Assembly (NCBI GenBank): GCA_030752795.1
Contig: JASMDM010000033.1
Coordinates: 1,441-65,440, forward strand
Direction: 5' to 3'
Source: SAR202 cluster bacterium
GTDB lineage: Bacteria; Chloroflexota; Dehalococcoidia; Lucifugimonadales; UBA1123
DNA: 64,000 nt
The stretch's first letter is position 1; each line of letters opens with the position of its first letter. The position numbers and the translations under genes were made by a program. The notes under the pieces are model-generated. The model worked only from the letters and a program-made list of their open reading frames with translations. It made no database searches and was not told the origin of the DNA. Below, piece after piece: positions 20,657-30,732 of the stretch.

Positions 20657-21862
20657 CTACACCACCGATTGGTCCCTGAGTTCCGCGACGTTGTCGGCGT
20701 CGAGACCGAGTATGTCGCCCAGCACTTCGGCCGTGTGCTCGCCAAGCAACGGCGCGGGCTCAACCCGGACCGGTGAGTCGGACAGCTTGACCGGGCAACC
20801 CGGCACCATGAACTCGCCGCGCTCGGGATGGTCGATCGTGACGATCATTTCCCGTTCGCGCAGGTGCTCGTCGTAGAAGATGTCCTCGGCGTTGAGGCAC
20901 GCGGCTGCGGGCACCCCGGCCTCGCCTAGAATCCGCATCGCCTCGTGCTTCGTGTGCTGCATTGTCCATGCTTCGATGACGTCGTTGATCTCTTCCGTGG
21001 CGTCAGGGATCATCGCGGAATCGGTGTAGTGCGGGTCCTCGAGCAAGTCTTCACGGTCCATCGCTTTGAACAGGGCGTCCCACATGTTCCGGCGAGCGGG
21101 CGAAGACGACAGGAACACGTAGTCGTCCGGGCCTCCGGGCGCGCTCTTGAACGTCCCGTATCCGGGCCTGCCGCGCCAACGGTTTCCGCGCCTGGGCGGA
21201 GCCTTCTTCGTGTCGTTGAATCCGCTCATCGCGATACGAGCCACGTTGAGCACCGCGTCCTGCATCGAGACTTCGACCTGCTGGCCTTTGCCGGTAGCCT
21301 CGCGTTGCCACAGCGCCGCCAAAACTCCGATGACCGCGTGCATACCGGTCCCGGTGTCGCCGATGGTGATGCCCGGTCGAATCGGCGGACCATCGGGCTC
21401 GCCGGTCACACAGATCGCGCCGCCAGCGGCTTGTGCGATCGGGTCGAAACTCTTGTAGCCGCTGTAAGGGCCGTACGTGCCGAAACCCTTGACCCGCGCG
21501 AGGATGATCTTGGGGTTGATCTCTTTGAGAACGTCGTAGCCCAACCCAAGCCGCTCAAGGGCGCCCGGCGCCAGATTCTCCGCAACGATATCGCCCTGCT
21601 TGACGAGATCGAAGAAGATCTCCTTGCCTCGTTCGGTCTTCAGGTTGAGGGTGATGCTGCGTTTGTTGGAGTTGAGGTTGAGGAAGTACGAGGAGTCGCT
21701 GTCACCGCCGACGCCTGACAAGCGCCGGCCGGGGTCGCCTCTCGTGGGCTCCTCGACCTTGATGACGTCAGCGCCGAGCCATGCCAGCATCTGCGTGCAC
21801 GAGGTGCCGGCCTCGAACTGTGTCAGGTCGATTACTCGAACGCCGTTGAGTGCCTTGTCCAT
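20657..21862 (-). CDS. family III CoA-transferase (CaiB/BaiF family)
   Basis: 401 aa with LNGVRVIDLTQFEAGTSCTQMLAWLGADVIKVE and the GIT.GDTGTG loop. Confidence 0.9.
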   Translation of the reverse strand: MDKALNGVRVIDLTQFEAGTSCTQMLAWLGADVIKVEEPTRGDPGRRLSGVGGDSDSSYFLNLNSNKRSITLNLKTERGKEIFFDLVKQGDIVAENLAPGALERLGLGYDVLKEINPKIILARVKGFGTYGPYSGYKSFDPIAQAAGGAICVTGEPDGPPIRPGITIGDTGTGMHAVIGVLAALWQREATGKGQQVEVSMQDAVLNVARIAMSGFNDTKKAPPRRGNRWRGRPGYGTFKSAPGGPDDYVFLSSSPARRNMWDALFKAMDREDLLEDPHYTDSAMIPDATEEINDVIEAWTMQHTKHEAMRILGEAGVPAAACLNAEDIFYDEHLREREMIVTIDHPERGEFMVPGCPVKLSDSPVRVEPAPLLGEHTAEVLGDILGLDADNVAELRDQSVV

Positions 21863-21882
21863 CGAGAACCCCCTCTTTGAGC

Positions 21883-22764
21883 CTAATCTTCCGTCTTGCC
21901 GCTCTCTAACGCATTGTTCATGTACTCAACGAGCTCGGCGCGCATGTCGTCTCGACCGAGCCCTTCGTGAATCGCTGCTTTTAACATTCCGAGTGGCATG
22001 CCCACGTCGAAGTGATCCCCAGGGAACAGGTACGCGAAGACGCCCGGGCCGTCGATGAACTTCGCGATGGCGTCGGTGATTTGAATCTCACCCAACGCGC
22101 CTTTGCCCGCGCTCTCGATTGCGTCGAACACTTCGGGCGCGAGAACGTACCTGCCGATGATCGCCAGGTCGGACGGGGCTTCCTCGAGCTCAGGCTTCTC
22201 GACCATCCCGCGCACTCGCCGCACGTCGCTGGAGCCCGGATCGGGATCGATGATGCCCAGGTTGGGTATCGCCGAGTCCGGAACCTGCTTCACTGCCAAA
22301 ACGTTCGCGCCGTTCTCTTCGTGAATCTTGACCATCGCGGCGATCGTCGGACTGGTGTGGCGGATGATGTCGTCGGGCAGGAACACTGCGAACGCCTCAT
22401 TGCCGATCTCGTCTCTGGCCATGAGCACAGCGTGCCCGAGTCCGCGCTGCTCCTCTTGCAGAACGGTTGTGACATTCACCATGCTGTTGATCGCATTCAA
22501 CGCGTCTAGTCGAGCGGTGCCAGACCGGCTCGCAAGGTGATTTTCGAGCTCGGGGTTGGAATCGAAGTAGCGCCCGATCGCTTCCTGATCGTTGGACACC
22601 ACGAAAACAATGTCCCGGATTCCGGCCCGTGAAGCCTCTTCGACGCAGTAGTGGATCGCAGGGTGGTCCAAAACGGGGATCAGCACTTTCGGGATGGCCT
22701 TGGTCACCGGCAAAAAGCGCGTGCCGAAACCCGCCACCGGTATGACCGCTTTGCGAACCGCCAT
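21883..22764 (-). CDS. galU: UTP--glucose-1-phosphate uridylyltransferase
   Basis: 293 aa with AVIPVAGFGTRFLPVTKAIPKVLIPV and LGHAVL. Confidence 0.9.
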   Translation of the reverse strand: MAVRKAVIPVAGFGTRFLPVTKAIPKVLIPVLDHPAIHYCVEEASRAGIRDIVFVVSNDQEAIGRYFDSNPELENHLASRSGTARLDALNAINSMVNVTTVLQEEQRGLGHAVLMARDEIGNEAFAVFLPDDIIRHTSPTIAAMVKIHEENGANVLAVKQVPDSAIPNLGIIDPDPGSSDVRRVRGMVEKPELEEAPSDLAIIGRYVLAPEVFDAIESAGKGALGEIQITDAIAKFIDGPGVFAYLFPGDHFDVGMPLGMLKAAIHEGLGRDDMRAELVEYMNNALESGKTED

Positions 22765-24063
22765 CTATGCACTCACTCCGACTCGTGCGGAAGTCACGCT
22801 GCCGGTGCGGTAGACACGCCGCAGATCTGTTTGGCTCACCGCCATGCCAACCACAACGGCGAAGAAGATCGCCCCAGTCACGATTAGAATCGGTGGAGCG
22901 GAGAACACGTCGGCCAGGAATCCGTACCCGAGGTTGGCGAAAGCCATTATGCCGCCGGCGTGGAGCAAGTACAGGCTGGAGACTCGTCCCCGCAAACGGT
23001 CCGGCACGATCGTCTGGACATAGGTGTTGGTCAAAGCCATGAACACGGTCTGGGACGCGCCCATTCCGGCGGCGGCGATGACTGCCAACGGAATGACGGG
23101 GCTGAATCCGAGCAGAATTGGGGTCAGACCGCTGAGCACGCCGCTCCAAAGAAGCCATCGGCCCTTCCGGCGCTCGCTCCGCATTCCTGCGATCAGGATT
23201 GCCGAGGAGAACGATCCGATGCCAAAAGCCATGATCAGGAAGCCCAGTATCGACCCGTCGTCGGCGCCGAGTTCCTCGCGGGAGAAAATCGGCAAGATGG
23301 ATTCGAACGACATCACGAGCGCGCAGTGAAACGCCACCAGCAAGATGAAGATCGCGATCGTCCTGTTCGTGTAGATGTAAACCAGACCGTCAACAAACGA
23401 CCTGGCCAAACCCTGTTCGGGAGCTGTTTCGCCCTTCGACACGGTGCGCGTCTGGAACATTTGATAGGCGCTTGCTGCCTGGAACACAACGCATACAACC
23501 AGCACGCCGGACACGCCCACCGATTCGATCGCGAGCAATGGAGAAGCAATAAGTGGGCCGAAGAATTTGCCGCCGTGTCGAGTCGCCGAATTCAGGGTGA
23601 TCGCGTTGAGCAGGTCTTCCTGCGGCACTTGATTCGGGATCAGCGACTGAATCGCCGGCTCGAGTATTGACCGGAGTATTCCGTTTATGAAGACCAACGC
23701 CGCAAGGTGCCAAAGCTCAACTACGTCGGTAATCGCCAGGATCGCAACGGCGCCCATCACGACCACGCCGCCACTCAATGCGATCACTGCCAATCTTCGG
23801 CGGTCGACGCGGTCGGCCAACAATCCGGCGATGGGGGACGACAACAGGAACGGCAGCATCGCGGAGAACGTGATGAATCCGACCCACCCAGAGGAGTCAG
23901 ATTCGTCCAGCACCAACCATGACACGGCCACGATGAAGGTCCACATCGCGGCGCCGGACCACAGGCCAGCTGCCCACGTGTTGCGATAACCGTGGTGTCC
24001 TAGTGAGGCGAAATGCGGTATCGCCGTAATACGTTCCAACGCGCCAGTCCCCATGATCTGCAT
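22765..24063 (-). CDS. MFS transporter
   Basis: 432 aa with about 12 hydrophobic helices and a typical loop 2-3 LADRVDRRR. Confidence 0.85.
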   Translation of the reverse strand: MQIMGTGALERITAIPHFASLGHHGYRNTWAAGLWSGAAMWTFIVAVSWLVLDESDSSGWVGFITFSAMLPFLLSSPIAGLLADRVDRRRLAVIALSGGVVVMGAVAILAITDVVELWHLAALVFINGILRSILEPAIQSLIPNQVPQEDLLNAITLNSATRHGGKFFGPLIASPLLAIESVGVSGVLVVCVVFQAASAYQMFQTRTVSKGETAPEQGLARSFVDGLVYIYTNRTIAIFILLVAFHCALVMSFESILPIFSREELGADDGSILGFLIMAFGIGSFSSAILIAGMRSERRKGRWLLWSGVLSGLTPILLGFSPVIPLAVIAAAGMGASQTVFMALTNTYVQTIVPDRLRGRVSSLYLLHAGGIMAFANLGYGFLADVFSAPPILIVTGAIFFAVVVGMAVSQTDLRRVYRTGSVTSARVGVSA

Positions 24064-24424
24064 TCTCCACCACCACCCTTTGCCGCCGCTTTAGTCCGCC
24101 GATTATATCAGCACGTTTCGATGGGCGTCAGCCGGACGAACGCCAATGGCCGCCAGCCCTGATAACCATGTCGTCGCTAAACAAAGCATCGGCGCAGTAG
24201 GCTACACTACGATTGACCGTGTTCCGGAGGCACCGTATAATCGCCAATGCTGAGGACTGCGGACCCTTTGGGCGCACCCAGTTCAACATGGGGCGAGTCG
24301 GATTTGGTGTGCTCTCTGAAGACATGCCAGGATCCAGTCGGGACTGTACAAATCACGTAGTCAGGGGTACGAATCTCCTCGGACCCACAACCATTATCCA
24401 TTGAGCAAACTGGAGGTTTGTTAA

Positions 24425-25174
24425 TTGAACACTTTGAAAGAGGTTTTGGAATCCGGAAAGACCGTTGTCGGAACGTCAGGGAACGCGACTGGCGATATGG
24501 CCTTGTTGGCTGACGCCGGCTATGACTACATACTTTTCGACACCCAACACTCACCCGTGGAGGTCAAGCAACTAATCCCAGCCATCCAGTCTATGCGCGG
24601 AACGAGGGCGACGCCGATCGTCCGAGTTAGCGCAAACCGCGCGGACCTGATCTGCTTCGCTCTGGACGCCGGCGCCCGAGGCATCATTGTGCCCATGGTA
24701 AACACCAAAGAAGAGGCCGAAGCTATGGTGAGGGCTTGTAGATACTCCCCGCTTGGCGATCGCAGCAGCGCCGGCGCCCGCGGTGAGTGGGGTGACACCT
24801 CAGACTACCGCGGTTATATGGATACGGTTAACAGAGAGCTGGTCATCATTCCAATGATTGAGACGCAACAGTCTCTCGACAACATAGACGAGATACTTAG
24901 TGTCGAGGGAATAGACGTTCTCTTGGTTGGCCCGTCAGATTTCTCAATCGCCCTTGAAGTGCCGCTTGATTATCCGAGCGACACGTACCAAGCGGGATTG
25001 GACAAGATCGTCGCCGCCTCCAAAAACCACGGTGTGGTTGCCGGCATGTACTTCATCCCGCCCGGTATGGACCCTAACTTCTACGTGGACAAGGGATTCA
25101 AGTTCATGGGCATGCCCTGGGCGTCATGGGCGGCGGAAGGTATCCAGAGTGGTCTGGCTGGCATCAAGCGATAA
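24425..25174 (+). CDS. HpcH/HpaI-family aldolase
   Basis: 249 aa. TTG start with SD GGAGG 24412-24416. Contains DYILFDTQHSP, IVRV, IIVPMVNT.EEA and ETQQSLDNIDEI. Confidence 0.85.
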   Translation: MNTLKEVLESGKTVVGTSGNATGDMALLADAGYDYILFDTQHSPVEVKQLIPAIQSMRGTRATPIVRVSANRADLICFALDAGARGIIVPMVNTKEEAEAMVRACRYSPLGDRSSAGARGEWGDTSDYRGYMDTVNRELVIIPMIETQQSLDNIDEILSVEGIDVLLVGPSDFSIALEVPLDYPSDTYQAGLDKIVAASKNHGVVAGMYFIPPGMDPNFYVDKGFKFMGMPWASWAAEGIQSGLAGIKR

Positions 25175-25425
25175 CAATCCAGTCATTCGGGCATTTGCAC
25201 AAACGGAGGCCTTGATCCGCACAGCCCAGGTGGGATAGCGGTTCGAGGCCTCCGCCGGCGAATCGTCGCCGTGATACTATCCACCTTGAGTGATTTTGCC
25301 GGTCGATACTCCTCGACGAAGAACCCCACAACGCGCTGCCACGGGAGATTGATCGCAAAGAGGGTGAACTGACGACCGAGTTCGCATCAAGCTGTTAGCT
25401 GACCGCTGACCGCCATCGAACATTG

Positions 25426-25501
25426 TGGTGGAGCTGGAGGGACTCGAACCCTCTACCTCGGCATTGCGAACGCCGCGCTCTCCCAGATGAGCTACAGCCC
25501 C
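25426..25501 (-). tRNA. tRNA-Ala (anticodon CGC), CCA encoded
   Basis: GGGGCTGTAGCTCATCTGGGAGAGCGCGGCGTTCGCAATGCCGAGGTAGAGGGTTCGAGTCCCTCCAGCTCCACCA. It folds as a cloverleaf with the G3:U70 alanine identity pair and anticodon loop TTCGCAA. Confidence 0.95.
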
Positions 25502-25738
25502 ACACCGTGTCTGGCTGAATTATAGGCTGGGCGCCGGAGGAGTGTCAACGAGACCGGACATTCAGACGCTGTCGCCTGATAACATGAACATATCAGATGT
25601 CGTTGACCGTTCCAAGATCGCGACCCGAATTCGCCCGCTTCGTAATCTTCGCGTAGCGGTGGCATCTTGGTGCAGTGACATCACTCGCAACAGGTACGTG
25701 CTGGCGCGATCAATACGGAATCATAGGCGGGGAGATCT

Positions 25739-26073
25739 ATGCAGGAGGCAATCGTCGCGGTGCTGGCCGCTGAAGCCCAGGCTGCCAGACTGCGATTTCA
25801 CTCCCACTTTGCCGAACGCCTACTCGAGCGCGAGATGCCTCAGACTCACGACATCGTGGATCTACATTGCGATGACGATCCCCAAGTTATCGAACCGTAC
25901 GCAAACGACTATCCGAAGCCGAGTTGTTTGATCTGGGGTATAATCCAGGGAAGGGTCGGGCACGTTTTGGTCACATGGCCGCCGACCCTTTGGTAATCAC
26001 AGCATATTGGCCTGACCTGCGTCCCGGTGACTGGACGGAGAACTTTACGAGGAGGGCGCCGTATGCAGTGTAA
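25739..26073 (+). pseudogene. DUF4258-family (putative toxin) gene, frameshifted near 25975
   Basis: The track ORF 25739..25996 ends ...GRVGHVLVTWPPTLW*. A different frame continues AADPLVITAYWPDLRPGDWTENFTRRAPYAV* to 26073. That is the expected DUF4258 C-terminus (..HVVV....vITaYrPd...W) and it overlaps the next gene's start by 11 nt. Confidence 0.6.
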
Positions 26074-26326
26074 GCTGTGCGGAAATGTAATGCACGAACG
26101 ACTGACCTCGTTCTGCGCATGGGAATCCACCCCAATTGTGAAGGTCGAAAACGTGCCGGCTCTTGTCCGCACCGTGTGTGGTGAGAAAGTATTCTCGCAG
26201 AACACAGTCGAAGAGGTCCAGCGTCTGCAACGCGATGGTTCGGGATACCGCCGCGCCGAGGCCAGGATATTTGACTTCAGCGTTGCGTCCTCGCCGGTCG
26301 AGACATCTTCGACATCCACCGGATGA
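26063..26326 (+). CDS. YgiT-type zinc-finger protein (MqsA-like putative antitoxin)
   Basis: MQCKLCGN...VENVPALVRTVCGEKVF. SD GGAGGG 26051-26056. The second zinc-knuckle pair keeps only one Cys. Confidence 0.6.
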   Translation: MQCKLCGNVMHERLTSFCAWESTPIVKVENVPALVRTVCGEKVFSQNTVEEVQRLQRDGSGYRRAEARIFDFSVASSPVETSSTSTG

Positions 26327-26396
26327 GCTGGGAGTAACTGGCGCACAATCGCTCGGGGTTCTCCCTTTCGGCACGGCGATGGCCCGTTATGTAGCC

Positions 26397-26573
26397 TTAC
26401 TCATCTTTGATGACCGACCGGACCTCCGCCCATACCTCTGGTGTCAAATCATCTTCTGGGTGAACCTTCGCGGCGTGCGCGGCGACCGTTGCAATAAGCT
26501 CGTCTTCAGTTGGCTCGATCGCCTTCCAGTCACGGTCGGCCCCAACATCGCGGCAGGCATACGTTTGAGCCAT
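26397..26573 (-). CDS. DUF1059-family small protein (58 aa; below the ORF-track size cut-off)
   Basis: SD AAGGAGA then ATG 26573. Translation is MAQTYACRDVGADRDWKAIEPTEDELIATVAAHAAKVHPEDDLTPEVWAEVRSVIKDE*, which matches the DUF1059 pattern (..f.C.D.G.dC...a.a.teeEl......Ha...H......). Confidence 0.6.
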   Translation of the reverse strand: MAQTYACRDVGADRDWKAIEPTEDELIATVAAHAAKVHPEDDLTPEVWAEVRSVIKDE

Positions 26574-27113
26574 AGCATCCTCTCCTTAAGCCTTTGACAG
26601 CCGGCTCCTGGCATCCCCGCGCGTTCTCGCGGTTTCGGAAAGTTCACCACGTGACGGACATCGCTCATGTCGAGCAAGTGGCGGCCAAAGAACCGACTTT
26701 TTGACATTGGCGAGTCTACGGACTCCACTGAATACCGTCAAGCCTATTGGGCCACCTTCCGAGTTTGGATTAGTCGCCTTTCGGTGGCGATAACTGGATC
26801 ACAGTTTCTCGATCTCACGAGTTGTTTGAACATTTGCCCTCAACACTTGAATTCGCTATCATTCCCTACTCCGTGTCTGAAGTAATTGCGGCCAAACTAC
26901 AAGTCTTTTCGTCATAACACCAAGTGTTTGTGCGCCCGCCCGGCCGTCGCCCAACTGGATTCGTAGCGGATGAACTGTGCTGTGCTTTAGCAGACTGGTT
27001 TTCGATGCGCCCTAAAGTGTAATTTACTCGATTTCGCGGGCAGCCAGGGTGCAGCAGTGACAGCCAATTGCCGCGCGGCATTCAGGGAACGAAAACGACA
27101 GATCCGACCGTTC

Positions 27114-27145
27114 AAAAAAGGCTCCGCCAAGCGGCGGAGCCTTTT
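27114..27145 (-). terminator. rho-independent terminator after the oxidoreductase operon (hairpin flanked by A-run and T-run, potentially bidirectional)
   Basis: AAAAAA-GGCTCCGCC-AAGC-GGCGGAGCC-TTTT. It has a 9-bp GC stem, and on the minus strand it is followed by UUUUUU. Confidence 0.85.
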
Positions 27146-27166
27146 GAGTTTCTACCGTTCTGGCGT

Positions 27167-28174
27167 CTACTCGGGCGCCGCCGGAATCGCGTCCTCTGGG
27201 TGGATTGGGATGATGCCGGGCAGCCACCACTTCTCCCACATCTCGTCGATCTTTTCCTGGTAGTAGTCGACGTCCTCGTCGGTGAAGTGTGCGTAGCGGC
27301 CCTGGCGCTTCAGGAAGTCGTAGACTGGCTTGCGCTTGCGTCGGCCAGCCTCGATCATGCGCGACGGGCCGTTGAGGCGGAGCTCGCCGTCCTCGATCTC
27401 GTACTGGACCCAGATTCCGGTCTCGACGCCCAGCATCCCGAGCTCGTGCGAGTACATCGGGTCGTAGTCCCAGCCTTTGGGGCAAGGGTCGTACGTGTGG
27501 ATGAACGTCGGGCCGCCCAGCGCCAACGCTCTGCGCACCTTGTTCATCAGGTCGACGGCGTACGAGCCGCAACCCGTGGCGACGTACCGGACGCCCGGAT
27601 GTCCGACAGCCATCATTGCGGCCATGTTCTTCTTCCAGCGTTTGTGCATGATTCGGTGCAGCTTGCCCGGCGGACTGAACGACGTGTTGACGCCGTACGG
27701 CGTCGCGCCTGAGTCCTGGATGTCCGTGTTCGCGTAGGACTCGTTGTCGTAGCAGAACACCAGGTGGTTGTACTGGAGGTGCGTCAGCGACGCCGAGATG
27801 GCTGACAGGCCCATGTCGATGCCGCCGCCGTCGCCGCAAAACGAGATCACGTTCATCGGCTCGTCTTTGATCTTGCCCTTGCTCATCAGCGCTTTGAGGC
27901 CGGCCGCGGTGCCGGTGGCCGCGGAGCCGGACGATCCGAGCTGGGTGTGCATCCACGGCACGACCCACGGCGTCGAGTAGTACGTCGTGTTGGCGACGTA
28001 CATGCACCCGGTGCTGCCGAGCACGATCGTGCGAGGCCCGGCCGCCTTGATCATCAGCTTCATGACCAGCGCCGACTCGCAGCCCTGGCATGTTCTGTGT
28101 CCTGATGTGTAGTACTCCTCAAGCGGCGAATCGTGAACGCCGCTTATCACGGAGAGAGTGTTTGTAGTCGTCAT
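27167..28174 (-). CDS. 2-oxoacid:ferredoxin oxidoreductase, beta (TPP-binding) subunit
   Basis: 335 aa with CQGCESAL, GSTGCMYV and the FCGDGGGIDMGLSAIS TPP motif. Confidence 0.9.
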   Translation of the reverse strand: MTTTNTLSVISGVHDSPLEEYYTSGHRTCQGCESALVMKLMIKAAGPRTIVLGSTGCMYVANTTYYSTPWVVPWMHTQLGSSGSAATGTAAGLKALMSKGKIKDEPMNVISFCGDGGGIDMGLSAISASLTHLQYNHLVFCYDNESYANTDIQDSGATPYGVNTSFSPPGKLHRIMHKRWKKNMAAMMAVGHPGVRYVATGCGSYAVDLMNKVRRALALGGPTFIHTYDPCPKGWDYDPMYSHELGMLGVETGIWVQYEIEDGELRLNGPSRMIEAGRRKRKPVYDFLKRQGRYAHFTDEDVDYYQEKIDEMWEKWWLPGIIPIHPEDAIPAAPE

Positions 28175-28279
28175 ATGTGTGCTCCTGTCATGAGTGAGAG
28201 ACCCTCCGGGTCCCTTGATTGAGTTCGCCCCGCACTGGTCGGGGCCCGCCGCCGTCGCCTCCTCCTCGACCCTGGATCC

Positions 28280-29551
28280 TCACCTCACGTCGATCCATCG
28301 GAGTTCCTCTTCGATGATTCCGGTGTCGGCTACTTTCTGGGTCAGGTCGAACATCTCCGTCGCCGACTGAATCGTGACCTCTCGGCCGCCGAGACCCGCG
28401 ATGTAGCCGACGATCGGCACCCTGACGTCCGCGTCGTACATCGCCGACCGGACCTCGGTGTAGAGCACTCCGCCGTTTTGCGGGGCGCCGAGAGAGTAAT
28501 CTCGGTCGATCACGCCGACCGCCTTGAACTTCGACAGCGACACGCGCAGCTCCTGGTCTGGGAACGGCCTGAACCATCGCACGCGGACGAAACCGACTTT
28601 GCGACCCTGCTGCTCGCGCAACCGCCTGACGGTGACCCGCAGTGGCAGCGACAGCGTTCCCATGCCGACCAGCACCACGTCTGCGCCGTCGGTCATGTAT
28701 TCCTCGATGAACGGGTTTTCGTCGTCCCGATTGAAGATGCGCTTGAGGTCGTTGTGCGCCTCGATGATCACCTCACGGGATCGGCGCATGCCCTCGTCCG
28801 TCTGACGCCGGATTTCCATCAGCCAGTCTTCGTTGACTTGAGGGGCGATGGTGATCGGATTGTCGGGATGCAGAACGAACTTGCCGCGGTCGTATGGAGG
28901 TAGGAACTGGTCGACCAGCGTCTGGTCGGGGACCTGAACGATCTGCTGCGAGTGGGTCAGGAACGCGCCGTCGGTGCTGATCGCGCATGGCAGATACACC
29001 CGCGGATCCTCGGCGACGCGCCACGCCATGAACGCCGCGTCCATCGCCTCCTGCGCCGTGTCGACCCAGCGAAGCATCCAACCCAGGTCTCGGACGGAAA
29101 GTGCGTCGTTGTGCTCGCAACCGAATGCGCCGGGGTCGTCCAGCGCGCGGTTGCCGACCATTGCCACAACCGGCAGCCTGAGTCCGGTGGTCACGGCAAG
29201 AGCCTCGTAGGCGTAGAGCCAGCCGACTCCGGACGAGCCCGCGAACGTCCTCGCGCCGACAGCGGAGGCGTGCTTCACGATCTCGAACTGGGAGTGTTCG
29301 CTCTCGGCCACGATGTACTCGCAGTTGAACGCGCCGTCCGCGATTAGTTTAGACACGTACTGCATGACCGTATCGTACGGCCTGATCGGATACGCCGTGA
29401 TGACATCGACGTCGGCCATCGCGCAGGCAATCGCGATCGCCTCCGACCCGCTGATTAACTGTTCGTTCGCGAGGGAATCTGTACTAGTCGTCACTTGCCA
29501 CCCCCGTGATCTCGATCTCTTTTTTGTAGCTGTCCCATTCGTAGAGGCCAT
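28280..29551 (-). CDS. 2-oxoacid:ferredoxin oxidoreductase, alpha subunit
   Basis: 423 aa with ISGSEAIAIACAMADVDVITAYPIRP and GSSGVGW. The start could also be GTG 29494, which would overlap the upstream stop by 11 nt. Confidence 0.9.
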   Translation of the reverse strand: MASTNGTATKKRSRSRGWQVTTSTDSLANEQLISGSEAIAIACAMADVDVITAYPIRPYDTVMQYVSKLIADGAFNCEYIVAESEHSQFEIVKHASAVGARTFAGSSGVGWLYAYEALAVTTGLRLPVVAMVGNRALDDPGAFGCEHNDALSVRDLGWMLRWVDTAQEAMDAAFMAWRVAEDPRVYLPCAISTDGAFLTHSQQIVQVPDQTLVDQFLPPYDRGKFVLHPDNPITIAPQVNEDWLMEIRRQTDEGMRRSREVIIEAHNDLKRIFNRDDENPFIEEYMTDGADVVLVGMGTLSLPLRVTVRRLREQQGRKVGFVRVRWFRPFPDQELRVSLSKFKAVGVIDRDYSLGAPQNGGVLYTEVRSAMYDADVRVPIVGYIAGLGGREVTIQSATEMFDLTQKVADTGIIEEELRWIDVR

Positions 29552-30662
29552 GGGACCGACCCACCTTGCCCTTTTCGGCTTTGGCCGACGCGATCTTCTC
29601 TTCGAGCCACTTCATGTAGCCGTCTCGATCGCTCGTCCAGTGTTCGAATTGGCTGGCGTTGTCGTTGAACTCGGACTCGTGCACCATCGTGACACACTCT
29701 GCGATCGGGCAGACCTCCTCGCACACGCCGCACCCGCAACAGGCTTCCATGTTGGCGTCGTACACGCCCTCGGGCGTTACGTCGAAGCAGGTGTCCGGGC
29801 ACTGGAGCCAGCACAGGGTGCATTTCGTGCATGTCTCGAAGTTGATGACCGGCCGCATCGTCCTGGTCGACCACTTCTTGAAGTATTGGTTCCGGCCTGG
29901 TTGGTAGCCTTCGTCGTCGCCGCGGAACCCGCCGCCGGTTTCGACAGCAGGTATGACCAGCGCGTCCTCCATCTCCCGCCAACCGGGCATGACGAAGGAG
30001 AACGGCTCCTCGGTGTTGCCCTGTCCCGGTTCGACCGGCGTGCTCTGGATGCGATCATGGGCGTTTCGCGCCGAGGTTTTCTTGAGCTCGTCATTGCCCT
30101 GGTCGGCGATCGTGTCCAGGTACGCTTGCAGGCCGGCAAGCTGCGGGCAGACCTTTGCGAGAGCGCCCATCACTCGGACATCTGTGTGGTCGTCTTTGAA
30201 CACCCACATGCCCGAGAAGCTCTTTGCGCCCTTGAGTATCGCCAGGTTGTAGGACTCATCTCTAACGTGAATGTCTTCCAGAAGCTCGGTTGGCCCCTGA
30301 AGAGATGTCACGAGTATCGTCCCGCCTTCCTTGGTGATGGCGTTGATCGGCTGAAGTCCGGCCCAAGCCCACGACTCGATGCCCTTGCATAGGGTGTCGT
30401 CGACAACTATCGTCACGTCGACGGCGGTGGGCTCATACGTGGCGAGGCTGGCTTCGAGCTCAAGCCCGTCGTCTGCGACCACGGCGAAGTATTTCGCCGG
30501 AATGCCGTTGCGTTCGGGCGAATCGCTGTACCGTCCAAACGCCGTGCCGATTTTGCCTTCCTTCCGCGCTGCGAGCACGATGTTGCGGCATAGGTTGCGA
30601 GAGAGAGTCTTTTGGAAGATCCCTCTGAAAACGACTTCGACAGCGGTAACTGTCATGATCAC
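29484..30662 (-). CDS. 2-oxoacid:ferredoxin oxidoreductase, fused gamma and delta (2x[4Fe-4S] ferredoxin) subunit
   Basis: 392 aa. The N-terminal gamma-type domain (FRGIFQKT...NIVLAARKEGK) is followed by CTKCTLCWLQCP and CCGCGVCEEVCP. Confidence 0.85.
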   Translation of the reverse strand: MIMTVTAVEVVFRGIFQKTLSRNLCRNIVLAARKEGKIGTAFGRYSDSPERNGIPAKYFAVVADDGLELEASLATYEPTAVDVTIVVDDTLCKGIESWAWAGLQPINAITKEGGTILVTSLQGPTELLEDIHVRDESYNLAILKGAKSFSGMWVFKDDHTDVRVMGALAKVCPQLAGLQAYLDTIADQGNDELKKTSARNAHDRIQSTPVEPGQGNTEEPFSFVMPGWREMEDALVIPAVETGGGFRGDDEGYQPGRNQYFKKWSTRTMRPVINFETCTKCTLCWLQCPDTCFDVTPEGVYDANMEACCGCGVCEEVCPIAECVTMVHESEFNDNASQFEHWTSDRDGYMKWLEEKIASAKAEKGKVGRSHGLYEWDSYKKEIEITGVASDD

Positions 30663-30732
30663 CTCCCTGACTTCGTTGATTCGTTCTTTGAGACAGGACC
30701 GTTCGTCCCATCGACTCGGTTCTGTTGATCGA

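Noticed and set aside
25175-25425. GGAGGCC...GGTTCGAGGCCTCC segment downstream of the aldolase gene that resembles a tRNA T-arm or an att-site remnant next to tRNA-Ala
   Set aside because: The stem encloses a ~35-nt loop, there is no cloverleaf, and it does not repeat the tRNA-Ala 3' end. No integrase is nearby.
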